DNA of 64,000 bases from positions 9,481 to 73,480 of the forward strand of contig JAPLVF010000013.1 of the NCBI GenBank assembly GCA_026397255.1, in the 5' to 3' direction. Numbering within the stretch: position 1 is the first letter of the stretch; each line of letters begins with the position of its first letter. Source of the DNA: Candidatus Beckwithbacteria bacterium. Lineage in GTDB: Bacteria > Patescibacteriota > Microgenomatia > UBA1400 > CG1-02-47-37. The position numbers and the translations under genes were made by a program. Below, piece after piece: positions 36,228-47,297 of this stretch. The notes under the pieces were generated by a model that was not told the DNA's origin, did not search any database, and saw only the letters and a program-made list of their open reading frames with translations.

Positions 36228-37643
36228 ATGTTAATATTTTTATTGCTTTTTGCTTTGGCGACCCGCCTGCCTCACATTTGGGGCTATAACATCCCTTTTA
36301 GTTATGACCACGGCCGGGATGCCTTGGCGGTTTTAGATTTGATAAAAAACTTTTCTTTAAAATTCATCGGGCCGTGGACCAGCATTCAGGGGGTCTTTTT
36401 CGGACCGGGCTGGTATTATTTGCTGGCTCCGCTGTATTGGCTGCTAAACGGGAATCCTTTAGCCGGACCGCTGACCATGCAGATAATCGGCCTAGTAATT
36501 ATTTGGCTGGCTTATAAACAATTCGGCATTTATGAAGCGGTTATTTTCGCCTCGGCGCCGATTTTTACCATGATCAGCGTCAGCGCTGCCAATCCTTTTC
36601 CAATGGCTTTAATCGGACTACTGATACTTATTTGCTTAAAAACCCCCAGCCGGCACCCAATAAGTTTAGGCTTATTAGTCGGTTTAGGCTTTCATTTTTC
36701 TTCAGCCTTGGCAATTTTTTATTTACTGATAATTCCGTTAATTTTATTATTCAGAAAAATTAAGTTAAATCTAATAAAATTAATGATCGGGTTGATTATT
36801 CCTTTTATCCCGCAAATACTGTTTGAAATTAAATATAATTTTTTAGAAGTTAGGTCACTAATCAGTTATTTTGCCGCCGGGGAAAGCCAGCATATTAATC
36901 CGGGGAAAATAGAAATTGTGACTAAGTCTGTTTTCCATGAATTAAGTCTGGCAGTGTTACCGGATGGCAGTTGGTTAAAATATTTAGCTTTGGGATTACT
37001 GATAACCGGAATAGTTTATTTAATTGCCAAAAGAAAAATTAATACTTTCTGGCCGGATATTGTTTTATTTATTTTAATTCCCACCATTGGTTTTTGGTGG
37101 CTTCATTACAATGTCTGGTATGTCTACGGTTTGTTACCGGTGGCGGTCGTGGCTATCGGCCGGATTTTACACTCAGTACCAAAAATTATTACTTATAGTT
37201 ATTTAGGGTTGTTAATTATCGGCGGTGTTAAAATTCCTGTGCGTCAAATCGGGAATGGCTTTTTACCGATTAAGCTTCAGGTTTTAAATTACATCTATGA
37301 TCAGGCTCAAGGTAAATTGTTCAGTTCCTACCAGTACTTACCCAATATTTACGACTATCCTTACCAGTATTTGTATTTCTGGCAGGCATTTAAGGGCAAA
37401 CCCTTACCGGTGGAATTTGCTTATAAGCCGGGAGAGATAAGTTATGTGAGCGAAAAGCCAAAATTACTAAAATTATTTCCTAAAAATAATCAACCACCTG
37501 ATATTATTTTTTTGATAATCGAAAGGCCGGAAAATATCTGGCACTACCCATTCCAATCATGGCTTAATAACATTAAATATTCAGAAATTATCAGTAAAAA
37601 AGAGTTCGGCCCGGAACTGGAAGTTTGGCAGGTAAAGCCCTGA
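36228..37643 (+). CDS. polytopic membrane protein, ArnT-like DxGR loop motif
   Basis: YDHGRDALAVLDL...GPWTSIQGVFFGPGWYY. Paralog of the 48831-50333 gene. Confidence 0.5.
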   Translation: MLIFLLLFALATRLPHIWGYNIPFSYDHGRDALAVLDLIKNFSLKFIGPWTSIQGVFFGPGWYYLLAPLYWLLNGNPLAGPLTMQIIGLVIIWLAYKQFGIYEAVIFASAPIFTMISVSAANPFPMALIGLLILICLKTPSRHPISLGLLVGLGFHFSSALAIFYLLIIPLILLFRKIKLNLIKLMIGLIIPFIPQILFEIKYNFLEVRSLISYFAAGESQHINPGKIEIVTKSVFHELSLAVLPDGSWLKYLALGLLITGIVYLIAKRKINTFWPDIVLFILIPTIGFWWLHYNVWYVYGLLPVAVVAIGRILHSVPKIITYSYLGLLIIGGVKIPVRQIGNGFLPIKLQVLNYIYDQAQGKLFSSYQYLPNIYDYPYQYLYFWQAFKGKPLPVEFAYKPGEISYVSEKPKLLKLFPKNNQPPDIIFLIIERPENIWHYPFQSWLNNIKYSEIISKKEFGPELEVWQVKP

Positions 37644-39044
37644 CTATTTTATCCTTTTCAAAAGCACCCCGGCGTAACTTAAATATAGTTTTTTATAATT
37701 ATTGTCGTTTAATAAACTGTTTTTTAAACTCTCCATGTCTTCATAGGTCATTGGATAGAAACTTTCAGTAAAGGTTAAAACTATATAATCAGCTTCTTGA
37801 TAGTTATTCGGAAATTTATAAATTTGATTCCGATTAATTAAGTGGGCCAGCAGGGGAACTTGGGCAGAGACTGAAGCATTTTCCGGAATTAATTGCATCA
37901 TTTTATAGTAATCATCATTTCGCGGCGGTAAAACATAAAAAGATCTTTTAAAAATTAAAGCAAGCGGAGGAGCGGGATAATAAGGATCAAGACCGGGCCG
38001 GTTAGTATAAAACGTTCCCACGATGGCCATCAATATTGACAGATAAATTAAAGGCTTGAATTTGATTTTTTGTAAAACCTGAACTGCGCTAAAGGCCAAT
38101 ATCGGCGTCAAGGTGGCAGCATAATGTCTTTGGAGGCTATATCTGACCGCATCATTGGCAAAATGCCTTAAAAAGGTAAACGGAGCCATCAGCCAATATA
38201 AAGGTGAAAAAAAAGGCAAAAATCCAAAAGAGAATGAAGTCAGTAAGATATTTCTCAGCTTAACTAGCGGATAAATAAAATCCTTTAAAAATTCTAGGGG
38301 TGAAGTTAAAAAAGTTTTAATAATCATATTAGGAGTGCCTTTTGTTCCGAAAGAGTTGCGGGCAAAGACAGCTTCACCGTTAAATAGGGGAAGAAAAAAA
38401 TTGTAAATTAAGTAATAGTAGGTAATGGATATAATTGCCGTGATTAAACTAACTTTTCTTTCTTTTTTAATAAAAAATCCATAAAGACTTAAGCCAAATA
38501 AATAAATTGCCACATCCTCCCGACTAAATAAAGCCAAAATAAAAGTCGGCCAATAATATTTCCATTTTTTGGTTTCGAAAAAGTAAATTGCCAGGCCAAG
38601 AAAAGTGGCAGAAATAGTAGCAGAATGATAATCAGAAGAAATCGCTGATTGGATGCCGATAAAATATAAATATAAAAAAGAAATACATAACGGAATGAAT
38701 TTGCCTTTTATTTTTCTGGTTGAGTATAAATAAACCGGAATTACACCTAAAACAACAATTATCTGTTGAAAGATTATCAAAACTCTCGCGTCAGGCCAGA
38801 GTCGATAAAAAGGAGCGAATAATAAAAGAATCGGGTCAAAATGGTCGTTAAAACTAAGGCTTTGGAGTACTGAACTATAGGGTGCTTCCAATCTTGAAAG
38901 GTGCCAAACCGGTTGAGCAGAATGCGCCAAATCCTCACCAGTTTCAAAACGGTTATATTTTTGAATGCCAATTGTTAAATAGGCAACTAAAAAAAATCCA
39001 ACTAAAAACACCCAAAGTTTATTATGTTTATAAACTTTTTTCAT
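37644..39044 (-). CDS. DUF2079-like polytopic membrane protein
   Basis: N-terminal TM then FETGEDLAHSAQPVWHLSRLEAP segment as in DUF2079 proteins. Confidence 0.5.
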   Translation of the reverse strand: MKKVYKHNKLWVFLVGFFLVAYLTIGIQKYNRFETGEDLAHSAQPVWHLSRLEAPYSSVLQSLSFNDHFDPILLLFAPFYRLWPDARVLIIFQQIIVVLGVIPVYLYSTRKIKGKFIPLCISFLYLYFIGIQSAISSDYHSATISATFLGLAIYFFETKKWKYYWPTFILALFSREDVAIYLFGLSLYGFFIKKERKVSLITAIISITYYYLIYNFFLPLFNGEAVFARNSFGTKGTPNMIIKTFLTSPLEFLKDFIYPLVKLRNILLTSFSFGFLPFFSPLYWLMAPFTFLRHFANDAVRYSLQRHYAATLTPILAFSAVQVLQKIKFKPLIYLSILMAIVGTFYTNRPGLDPYYPAPPLALIFKRSFYVLPPRNDDYYKMMQLIPENASVSAQVPLLAHLINRNQIYKFPNNYQEADYIVLTFTESFYPMTYEDMESLKNSLLNDNNYKKLYLSYAGVLLKRIK

Positions 39045-41361
39045 ATCTGTATTTTATCTTAAAATAGATCGCCAGTAAGATTAAACTTAAACTAATCAGA
39101 GAAATCTTAGCTCCAAGATAGAAAGATTGTGGCTGAAAATTAAAAATTACCCGGCTATTATCTTCGTTGATGACTACCGAGCGAAAGATATTTTCATACG
39201 GACTAATAGCGGCTGGTTGATTATTAACCGTCGCCGTCCAGCCGGGATAATAAGTATCATAGACGACCAATCTACCCTTATTCTTGACCTGAAGTTCCAG
39301 CTTATTGGGATCTTTTTGAATAATCGATGGTGTATCAATAATTTTTTGCTGATTATCTAGTAAAACAGCCCGAGGGAGGGCTTTATCATTTTGGTAAATT
39401 GAAACATCCCCATCGCTAAAAACTAACTGATTCTTAGGTAAACCCAAATCCCGATTGGTAACAAAATACTTAACGGCTAATTGTTTAAAAATATCATCAT
39501 CAAGGCTGATCCTGCCAAAATCGATTTTACTCAAAGCCAAATCGCTCCGTCTTTGAGAAATAAAAGGGTTGAATTGTACCATCTCTTCATAAAGAGGGTT
39601 TATTGCGGAATTCTTTTGAAACAAATCATTGTATCTTTTAATCACAAACGAGGTGTAGCCATTAACCGTCGCTAAACCGTAAAAGGCGCTGAAGTTGGGT
39701 GGAATCAACCTCAACTCGTCCGAAAGTTTTTTACCAATTGCCGCCGCGGATAATCGCTGATTTTCCTTAGTAAAGGGCGACTGTAAATCTAACATACCGT
39801 AGAAATCGTTTAGGCCGCTGTAAGGTACCGCTTCGGAAGAAGAAAGAAAACGGCTATCGCCTAAATTATCAGCCAAATAAGCCGCAACCGGATTAGTTTG
39901 GGTAAAATACTTATAATCAATAGTGTAAAGATTGCTGCGAGTAAAAAAGAATAAGTCAATTACTGTCATAATAATAATGATTCTCTTCCGTTTGAACCAA
40001 AACGTTAAACTGCCGAATAACCCGATAATAAGAAAGTTTTTTAGGATAAAATCGGCAATTACCCAATCAACCGAAAGATTATGAAAAGTGGAAAGAGATT
40101 TATGTATTAGGTCCGCAGTTTTAAGAAGAATAAAATGCGGCAAGGCGTGGTTAATAAAAACTGCCAATAAGGCGACAGCAGAAACAACGGTGACTGAAAA
40201 AAAGCCAAAAAACAGCCATCCTTTTTTTGGCTTAAATTTAAAAAAATCAAAGCTGTAGCCTGCCAAAAGCGACATAAAAAAAGTGTACAACGACAGAAAA
40301 ACCATCGGATTACGGAAAAGCCTGAAAATAGGGATATAAGTGGTAAAAATCTTAAAAAAAGGCAAATACGTTCCAAAAGAAATAATCAAAGCCGTTACCG
40401 CGATAATTAAAAAACTTAAAGTAATTTTCCCCCGTAAAATTTTTTTTAGATTTAAAACCACCAACAGTAAAGGCAGAAAACCAATATAACCGATTGTGGT
40501 TGTATCCATCGTTCCCCAGCCGCTGCCCTGATTTTTAATACCCCAGAAATGAGCGAAAAAAAACCGGACTAAAGAAATGGGGTTAAGCGAATAGTTTTGG
40601 AAAATTGATAAATCTTTATAAGCTTCCTGCCTGGTTGTATAAGGAATTAATTCTAGTGCTGGAATAAGGGAAATACTGGAAAAAAGCAGGGCTAAAAGCA
40701 CAACTGCCATCAAAATTACCAGACGGGTAAAAATTTCTTTTCTGGTCCGGGATAAAAAGATAATCACCGGAGAAACCAATAATTCAATAAAAACATACTG
40801 GACGTGACCGGCGAAAATCTGTAAAGATAAAGCCAAGCTGCTCAAAATTATCCCGGAAATTTTTTTAACCTCAAAGGCCCTAAAAAGGCTGTAAAAGAAA
40901 AGCGGAAACAAAGCAATAACGAAAAATCTTTGCGGATCAGCCGTATAATTAACCAAAATCCCGGAAAAAGAATAAACAATGCTGATAAAAAACGAGGCTG
41001 GCGAAGAAAGTTTCAACAGTCGCCCTAATCGGTACATAAAAAATCCCGCCAGAAAAAAATGACCAACTAACAACCAACTGACACTTCTGATTGATGTCTC
41101 TAAAAATAAAATAAAAGCGGGTAGATAATAGTTGCTCAGAGTCATGTCGGCAAAAAAAGGGTAACCGGAATAAACATGAGGATTCCACAAAGGGAAAATT
41201 CCCTTTCTGAAGTTATCAAAAAAGAATTTTCTAAACGGCAGAAAAATGGAAACAGTATCACCATAATAAAAAACCTGATTTTGAAAAATTACCGGGAAAA
41301 AATATAAAACAATTAACAAGCCTATCAGAAAATATTGAGAAAAAATTATCCGTTTGACCAT
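39028..41361 (-). CDS. YfhO-family GT-C membrane protein (~780 aa)
   Basis: YYGDTVSIFLPFRKFFFDNFRKGIFPLWNPHVYSGYPFFAD matches the YfhO N-terminal region. Start set at the internal Met to avoid a 56 bp overlap (longest ORF reaches 41418). Confidence 0.6.
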   Translation of the reverse strand: MVKRIIFSQYFLIGLLIVLYFFPVIFQNQVFYYGDTVSIFLPFRKFFFDNFRKGIFPLWNPHVYSGYPFFADMTLSNYYLPAFILFLETSIRSVSWLLVGHFFLAGFFMYRLGRLLKLSSPASFFISIVYSFSGILVNYTADPQRFFVIALFPLFFYSLFRAFEVKKISGIILSSLALSLQIFAGHVQYVFIELLVSPVIIFLSRTRKEIFTRLVILMAVVLLALLFSSISLIPALELIPYTTRQEAYKDLSIFQNYSLNPISLVRFFFAHFWGIKNQGSGWGTMDTTTIGYIGFLPLLLVVLNLKKILRGKITLSFLIIAVTALIISFGTYLPFFKIFTTYIPIFRLFRNPMVFLSLYTFFMSLLAGYSFDFFKFKPKKGWLFFGFFSVTVVSAVALLAVFINHALPHFILLKTADLIHKSLSTFHNLSVDWVIADFILKNFLIIGLFGSLTFWFKRKRIIIIMTVIDLFFFTRSNLYTIDYKYFTQTNPVAAYLADNLGDSRFLSSSEAVPYSGLNDFYGMLDLQSPFTKENQRLSAAAIGKKLSDELRLIPPNFSAFYGLATVNGYTSFVIKRYNDLFQKNSAINPLYEEMVQFNPFISQRRSDLALSKIDFGRISLDDDIFKQLAVKYFVTNRDLGLPKNQLVFSDGDVSIYQNDKALPRAVLLDNQQKIIDTPSIIQKDPNKLELQVKNKGRLVVYDTYYPGWTATVNNQPAAISPYENIFRSVVINEDNSRVIFNFQPQSFYLGAKISLISLSLILLAIYFKIKYRYEKSL

Positions 41362-41362
41362 A

Positions 41363-43015
41363 TTATTGAATGAGATTTTCTTTCTCAAATAAGACAAATG
41401 CCGGCTGGCCGTCGTCAAATAAAATCATATCCTTAAACTGAGTAAAGCCAATTTTTGGTCTGTCTTCTTCAATAGCAATATTGCAAACGTATAAGACTTT
41501 ATCTTCCGCGATTTTAGTGGGACATCTTTCGCCGATAAAATATAAATTGTCAACTTTATTAATTGTGGAGAAGCCGAATTTATCCGGAGCGGTAATTGAT
41601 TCATTGGCTTGGGCTTGCCATTTAACCGGATCATATTGATTGTAAAACAGAAAATAAATATAAGCCGTGCCGCGCGAATCGGTAATCAGAGCTTTGTCGT
41701 AATTGGGCATCATTTCATTGACTCTTTTCACTAATTCTTTATAGCCACCCTGCCACTCATAAGGCTGGTGGATCGGGGCATGAACAAAATAAGCATCAAG
41801 ATAAGAGAAAAAATTAAAGCCAAAAATTAACAATAAAAGAAAACGCAAGTAAGGAAATCGTTTAATCGTTTCACTGGCTCCTAAAGCAATTGCTAAAGAT
41901 AAAGGAATGATCATCAGAATCGCCCTGATGGCGCTGGGAGTTTCAAAAGTAATTGCCGCCGGTAAGGGTGCCAATAATAACCAAACTAAAATCGGCCAAT
42001 GTTTGTTTTTGACTAAAAAATATAAACCGAGAAAAAAGAAAGGTAAAGTAAACCAGAGGGCTTGACCGGTATCCGGTACCCGGTAACGCGGCCGAATCGG
42101 GTCGCCATTAAAAAATAAAAAATTTGAATCAAAATGAGAAGCGTACCGCCGAATAAAATCAACCGTGAACTCAACCGGTTTATTATGAAAGGCCCGGGTC
42201 AACCACAATGGCTGATTTCTGGTTTCTATAAATTTTTGCTGCAAACGCTGGCTAACCCCGGATTGAGCGTTAAAAATACTAATGCCGGCACTTCTGGTTA
42301 AACTGGCTTTTGAAAAATTTAGAATGAGCCAAGGAATAAAAACAATTATTAATGTGTGAATAATTGTTTTCTTTATCGGCAGTTGGCGACGATATTGCCA
42401 AATCAAATAAATCAACCAAACCGGAATAAAAAGTCTGGGGGCGTGGTAGGAAAAAACGGACAAAGTCAGGGCAGTCAGACTGACAATGAGTTGTCCGGCT
42501 TTAGATGATTTAACAAAACGAAAGAAAAATATACTGCCTAAAACAAGCCAAAATAGACCGACATTAGCTTCAAAAGCTGCCCGGGAAAAATGAATATGCC
42601 AAGGCATGGTGGCCAGCACTAAACTGGCAATTAGGGCGAAGGGCGAGGGGTGCCGGGCGAAATTTTTAGCCAAGAAATAAACTAATAAAACCGTCAAGCT
42701 GCCAAATAAAGCCGAAGGAAAACGAACGGCAAACTCAGTTAAACCAAAAATTAAGACTGAAGGAATAGTCAGGTAAAAGTAAACCGGCATTTTACCGTCG
42801 CCAAAGGATTGAAAAATCAAAGGCCAACTTTTACCAAATTCGTCTTTGCCGGTTTTGATTAATGAATAAGCATTATAGCCAAAATCAGCCTCGTCGTTAA
42901 CAAAGCCTGAAGGAACTTTACCTAGTTTATAAAAACGTAAGGCTATCCCTAAGATAAAGATTAACCACAGCCAAAATTTTTCAGATTTGATAAACTGAAG
43001 TTGTTTCATCGCCAT
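41363..43015 (-). CDS. PMT/ArnT-like GT-C glycosyltransferase
   Basis: VNDEADFGYNAYSLIKTGKDEFGKSWPLIFQSFGDGKMPVYFY. Confidence 0.65.
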   Translation of the reverse strand: MAMKQLQFIKSEKFWLWLIFILGIALRFYKLGKVPSGFVNDEADFGYNAYSLIKTGKDEFGKSWPLIFQSFGDGKMPVYFYLTIPSVLIFGLTEFAVRFPSALFGSLTVLLVYFLAKNFARHPSPFALIASLVLATMPWHIHFSRAAFEANVGLFWLVLGSIFFFRFVKSSKAGQLIVSLTALTLSVFSYHAPRLFIPVWLIYLIWQYRRQLPIKKTIIHTLIIVFIPWLILNFSKASLTRSAGISIFNAQSGVSQRLQQKFIETRNQPLWLTRAFHNKPVEFTVDFIRRYASHFDSNFLFFNGDPIRPRYRVPDTGQALWFTLPFFFLGLYFLVKNKHWPILVWLLLAPLPAAITFETPSAIRAILMIIPLSLAIALGASETIKRFPYLRFLLLLIFGFNFFSYLDAYFVHAPIHQPYEWQGGYKELVKRVNEMMPNYDKALITDSRGTAYIYFLFYNQYDPVKWQAQANESITAPDKFGFSTINKVDNLYFIGERCPTKIAEDKVLYVCNIAIEEDRPKIGFTQFKDMILFDDGQPAFVLFEKENLIQ

Positions 43016-44651
43016 AAACTTTAATAAACTGCTGACTATTCCTTATTGTTTCAAGAGTCGCCTTTAAAGGCAAGGCTTCTTTGTCTTTTTGATAAAGCGT
43101 TAACATTTCTTGTTCGTGAATAATAATCAGTTTTACCTGTAAAACTTTAAGTTGACTAATTGCTTCTTCAATGGGTAACGTTCGCAGAATCGAAATCGTC
43201 TTAGTCCATTCCGGTGGTTCAAAACCAGAATAACCGTTAATGAAAACGTGACGGGCGGGGAGCAAAAATGAATGATAATAGAGCCGTTCGATTTCTAAAT
43301 CGTGTAAAGGCATCACCCAAGTCTGAATCGGCAGTTCTAAAACAATGCTGGGCTGCTGAGAAAGCAGCCAGGGATAAACCGGAGGAATCTGGGTAAGAGT
43401 CGGGACTGATTTGACGAACAGCGGCAAACGAATTTCCGTTACTATTAAGATGATAATTAACAAAGAGAATAATTTTACCCACATTGGTTTTATTTTTTTA
43501 AAAACGCCTGCCAGCCAAAGTCCGATTAAAAGCGATAAGCCTAATAAAGCTAAATGGGACCAACGTTGGGGCACACGCATGCTTTTAAAACCCGGAATCA
43601 AGTAGTAACTCAGCCAGTAAGGCAAAGGTAAAGGCAGACTTAATTTTTGTTTAATGATTTGGAAATACGGACCAAAACTCATAACTAACCCGGTTAAAAA
43701 AACCAAAAAAGTGGTTTTAGTTTTAGTTGAGCGGAAAGCAGTCATTAAACTTAAGGCACCTAAAATTGAAACCACTGCCCCAAGATAAGCAGGCCAAGGG
43801 TGTTTGACAATAATTGCTTGCGCCAAAGTTTCCAGGCGTGAAGAATGTGTCGGATAGAAATATTCCAAAAAATAAGCCGAGCCGGCGAAGACATCTTTTA
43901 AAGATCGGCCAGCTTGCCAAGTCCGGGCGACCCGCAAATAGGGCTGAAAAACCAAAAATAAGACAACAAATGCCAGCAGAAAGTATTGCCCCAAGAGTAA
44001 AAAATGGGCCCGCTTAATCTGCCGTTTAATAAAAGCGATAAGGGTAAAAATACTCAAGGTAAAAATAAAAACATAACCAAGAAAAATCGTATTTAAAATT
44101 TGGCACAAGAAACAGCTTGTCACTAAAAGAGCGTATCGATGAGAAGGCTGACGGAAAAATTTTATTAAAAAATAAATTCCCAGAGGAATCCAGTACATGG
44201 TTAAAACCTGAAGATGTTCAATGGTGTCAATCTGACCAATCGAAAAAGCAAATAACGCTCCACTTATTAAACTTGCCCACCAATGTTTAGTTAACAAATA
44301 AACAACTAAGTAAACGCTAAAACCATTAAGAACAAAACTTAAAAACAGATTAAAACTGTAGGCTAAAAACGGTTGATGAAATATTTTAACGAAAGGCAGG
44401 GCTAAAATGGCGCTGGTCAGCAATGGGTCAGAAAATGCCAAAGTGTCTTTCAGCGGATAAAAAAAAGGAACTTGGAAAATTGTTCCGGGTTTAGTAGTTA
44501 AGGCTTGAATATCCCAGTTCATTAAATAACTTAAAAGGAATTCTTCTCTACCGGCAGCCGTTAAAGCGGCGGGATGTAAAACCAAGGGCCAAGTTATTAA
44601 AACCGTTAAGACAATAAAAATTAACAAACTCCAACCATGCTTAAATTTCAT
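42981..44651 (-). CDS. polytopic membrane protein, candidate GT-C
   Basis: 556 aa, about 13 TM helices, in the middle of the GT-C array. No soluble-enzyme motif. Confidence 0.5.
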   Translation of the reverse strand: MKFKHGWSLLIFIVLTVLITWPLVLHPAALTAAGREEFLLSYLMNWDIQALTTKPGTIFQVPFFYPLKDTLAFSDPLLTSAILALPFVKIFHQPFLAYSFNLFLSFVLNGFSVYLVVYLLTKHWWASLISGALFAFSIGQIDTIEHLQVLTMYWIPLGIYFLIKFFRQPSHRYALLVTSCFLCQILNTIFLGYVFIFTLSIFTLIAFIKRQIKRAHFLLLGQYFLLAFVVLFLVFQPYLRVARTWQAGRSLKDVFAGSAYFLEYFYPTHSSRLETLAQAIIVKHPWPAYLGAVVSILGALSLMTAFRSTKTKTTFLVFLTGLVMSFGPYFQIIKQKLSLPLPLPYWLSYYLIPGFKSMRVPQRWSHLALLGLSLLIGLWLAGVFKKIKPMWVKLFSLLIIILIVTEIRLPLFVKSVPTLTQIPPVYPWLLSQQPSIVLELPIQTWVMPLHDLEIERLYYHSFLLPARHVFINGYSGFEPPEWTKTISILRTLPIEEAISQLKVLQVKLIIIHEQEMLTLYQKDKEALPLKATLETIRNSQQFIKVYGDETTSVYQI

Positions 44652-46173
44652 AAAATTTAAAAATAACCTGACCGTTAAAATCGTCGATTTCCTTTACCAG
44701 TCTGGCTTTTGCGGGAGAGGCCTCTTGCGCAGCGGTCACCACCAGACTCTTCGCGGCAGGTTCGCCTTCGGGCAAAGAAAAGTTAATTTTCCCAAATTCC
44801 AAATATTCCCCCTGATCTTTTTTTACTTTTGTATTAGCCGCCTGAACTAACTGCGGATCAGTTTTAGTATAAAACCAGTAATAGATTGACGGCCGGCCCA
44901 GGCTGCGGGTGATGTAAATATGATCATATTTACCCTCATTATCAGCCACATACCCAACCATTTCCTGATAACCATACTGCCACTCTCCTGCCCATTGCCG
45001 CGGATAGATTTGATAATAGGCCTTTAAATAACGACCGGTCTCTAATATTAAAATTAAGATTGCACCGTAAATTAATAGTTTTCTGGAATTAATTAATCCG
45101 CGGGCGGTAAAAATCGTTAAAGGCACAAGCAGAGCCAAGCTTCTTAAAGCGTGCGGTGCGGCTAAAGTTAAAGCGGCCGGAACCGGCGCTAAAAACAACC
45201 AAGACAGCAGTACTAAATCTTCTGTTGTCCGTTTTTTGAGGCTCAACAATACCCCATAAAGCAAAAACGGGAGCTGGATCAGATACAATCCGCCGACTGT
45301 TTGAATCGAATGCCGCGGATTGGCATCACCGGAAATAAATAAATAGTTAAAATTAAAGTGGCTAAAATAATTGGTTAAGAAAATCCGGCCATACTGCCAG
45401 TAACGGTGGTGAATAATTCTGGGAAGCAGACCCCCGCCGTCGGCGGCAATTAATTGATTGGACTTAATAATTGGTTCAAGGGTAGAAAAAGCGCTGGTTT
45501 CATTAAAACGCTGACGGATTTGGGGAGAATTTAGTTTAACAGCAAGCGGCAGGGCTAATAAAATTACCAAAACTCCGGTGAAGAAAACTTTTTTTTGGCG
45601 AAAAATAAAAAATAGAACAATTAATAAGAGCGGCACAAAAATCCGATCGGCATGATAGGAATACAGACAAGCAGCAAAACTAATCGCTCCAGCAAGTATT
45701 TTATTTTTCAATAATAACCACACCCCTAAGACAACCAAAAATAAACCTAAATTGGCTTCAAAGCCGGCGCGGGAAAACTGCAAATGCCACGGCGAAACTG
45801 CTAAAAGTAAAGCGACCAGTAAACCCACCCGCCGATCTTTAACTAAGAAATAGACTAATAAAACTGTCAGTGTGCCGAATAAGGCCGAGGGAAAACGGAC
45901 CGCAAAAGTATTTAAACCAAAAACAGCAATCGAGGGAACGGTCGCATAAAAATAAAGACTGGGTTTGTAATCGCCAAAAGATTCAAAAGCCACCAAAGGC
46001 CAGGCATTACCATGAAAATCTTTGCCGGTTTTAAGAACTGAATAGGCATCATAGCCGATAGCGGCTTCTTCCCAATAAGGAGAGGGTGGATTAGACCCAA
46101 GATGATAAAATCTTAAAATTGCCGCCAGAATTAAAACGGCAACTATTTGTTTGACAGTTTTGTTGACAACCAT
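44641..46173 (-). CDS. PMT/ArnT-like GT-C glycosyltransferase
   Basis: YWEEAAIGYDAYSVLKTGKDFHGNAWPLVAFESFGDYKPSLYFY. Confidence 0.65.
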   Translation of the reverse strand: MVVNKTVKQIVAVLILAAILRFYHLGSNPPSPYWEEAAIGYDAYSVLKTGKDFHGNAWPLVAFESFGDYKPSLYFYATVPSIAVFGLNTFAVRFPSALFGTLTVLLVYFLVKDRRVGLLVALLLAVSPWHLQFSRAGFEANLGLFLVVLGVWLLLKNKILAGAISFAACLYSYHADRIFVPLLLIVLFFIFRQKKVFFTGVLVILLALPLAVKLNSPQIRQRFNETSAFSTLEPIIKSNQLIAADGGGLLPRIIHHRYWQYGRIFLTNYFSHFNFNYLFISGDANPRHSIQTVGGLYLIQLPFLLYGVLLSLKKRTTEDLVLLSWLFLAPVPAALTLAAPHALRSLALLVPLTIFTARGLINSRKLLIYGAILILILETGRYLKAYYQIYPRQWAGEWQYGYQEMVGYVADNEGKYDHIYITRSLGRPSIYYWFYTKTDPQLVQAANTKVKKDQGEYLEFGKINFSLPEGEPAAKSLVVTAAQEASPAKARLVKEIDDFNGQVIFKFYEI

Positions 46174-47297
46174 AATAAACCGGCCATGGGCAGGTAGCGC
46201 AAAAATAAGTAACTAAAGAATTTTAACGGCAAAGGAGAAATAATCATTAATCCCTCATTTGGTTTAATCCAAGGGGTCGTATCCACAATCAATAAAATCA
46301 AACTAAGCATCATAAAAGCTAACTGTTGTTTGATTGATTTAAACGGAAATAAAACTATTAAAGGAATCAGCCATAAATGGAACGGTTGGGAAAAAATTTT
46401 GGCGGTAAAGAAAATCGTCAGGAAAAAAATTAAGCTGATTTTGATGCTGCCGGCATAAGTATTAAGTTTATTTTTTCTGGCATAAAGTAAGACTAATAAG
46501 ATAGAGAGAGGAAAGATTACCGAGACTGCTTTTTCCGCCGCTTGGGAAACCGGTCCCTGTAACTCAAAATCCGGCGGCTGGTCGCGCCGGACTTCACTAT
46601 GAGTGAAATAATTAACCGTCTCGACGACAAAACCGGGAAAAGAAGCATACTTAATCCCCCGTTCATTGTTGTAAACAAACATCACCCCCAAAGAAGAACG
46701 AAAAATTAAAAGCGGTAAACCCCAAACTAAAATAAACCCCAATATTATCATTTTCCAGTCTTTTTTTAAGAAAATCAGTGCCAGCGGCGCGGTTAGTAAT
46801 TTAAGTGCGGTTGACAACCAAAATAAAATCCAAAAGAGTAACCGTTTAGTCATAAAAATTATTGCCAAAGCTAAACTAGCCGTAAATACCCAGTCAATCC
46901 CTTCGTAAAAAAAGTCTTTGGCAATCATCGGCGCAATCAGATAAAAACCTATACTTAAGTATTTTGACAAAGGTTTTGTTTTAAGTTTCTGAATCGTTTT
47001 AAGAATAAAGAAAAATAAAACCGTATCGAAAAGAAAAATCTGCCAACGGTAATTTTGATAATAATGACCGATGTTTAAACGGTTTAAAATCTGAGGCACA
47101 TAAAGTAAAGGAATTGTCGCCGGCGGATATTCATAAAGATGCTTGAAGTAAGGAATAATGCCGCTTTGCCACATTTCCGCATAGCGGCGGTAGTCATGAA
47201 AAACATCGGAGTAAAATGGCGGCGGAAATTTTAAAATATAAAGCCGGCTTAAAAAGAAAAGGATAAATGCCAAGATTAATAAACGATTTTGTTTCAT
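46143..47297 (-). CDS. polytopic membrane protein, DUF2029/GT87-like candidate
   Basis: SDVFHDYRRYAEMWQSGIIPYFKHLYEYPPATIPLLYVP loop with a YPP motif. Weak assignment. Confidence 0.4.
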   Translation of the reverse strand: MKQNRLLILAFILFFLSRLYILKFPPPFYSDVFHDYRRYAEMWQSGIIPYFKHLYEYPPATIPLLYVPQILNRLNIGHYYQNYRWQIFLFDTVLFFFILKTIQKLKTKPLSKYLSIGFYLIAPMIAKDFFYEGIDWVFTASLALAIIFMTKRLLFWILFWLSTALKLLTAPLALIFLKKDWKMIILGFILVWGLPLLIFRSSLGVMFVYNNERGIKYASFPGFVVETVNYFTHSEVRRDQPPDFELQGPVSQAAEKAVSVIFPLSILLVLLYARKNKLNTYAGSIKISLIFFLTIFFTAKIFSQPFHLWLIPLIVLFPFKSIKQQLAFMMLSLILLIVDTTPWIKPNEGLMIISPLPLKFFSYLFLRYLPMAGLLWLSTKLSNK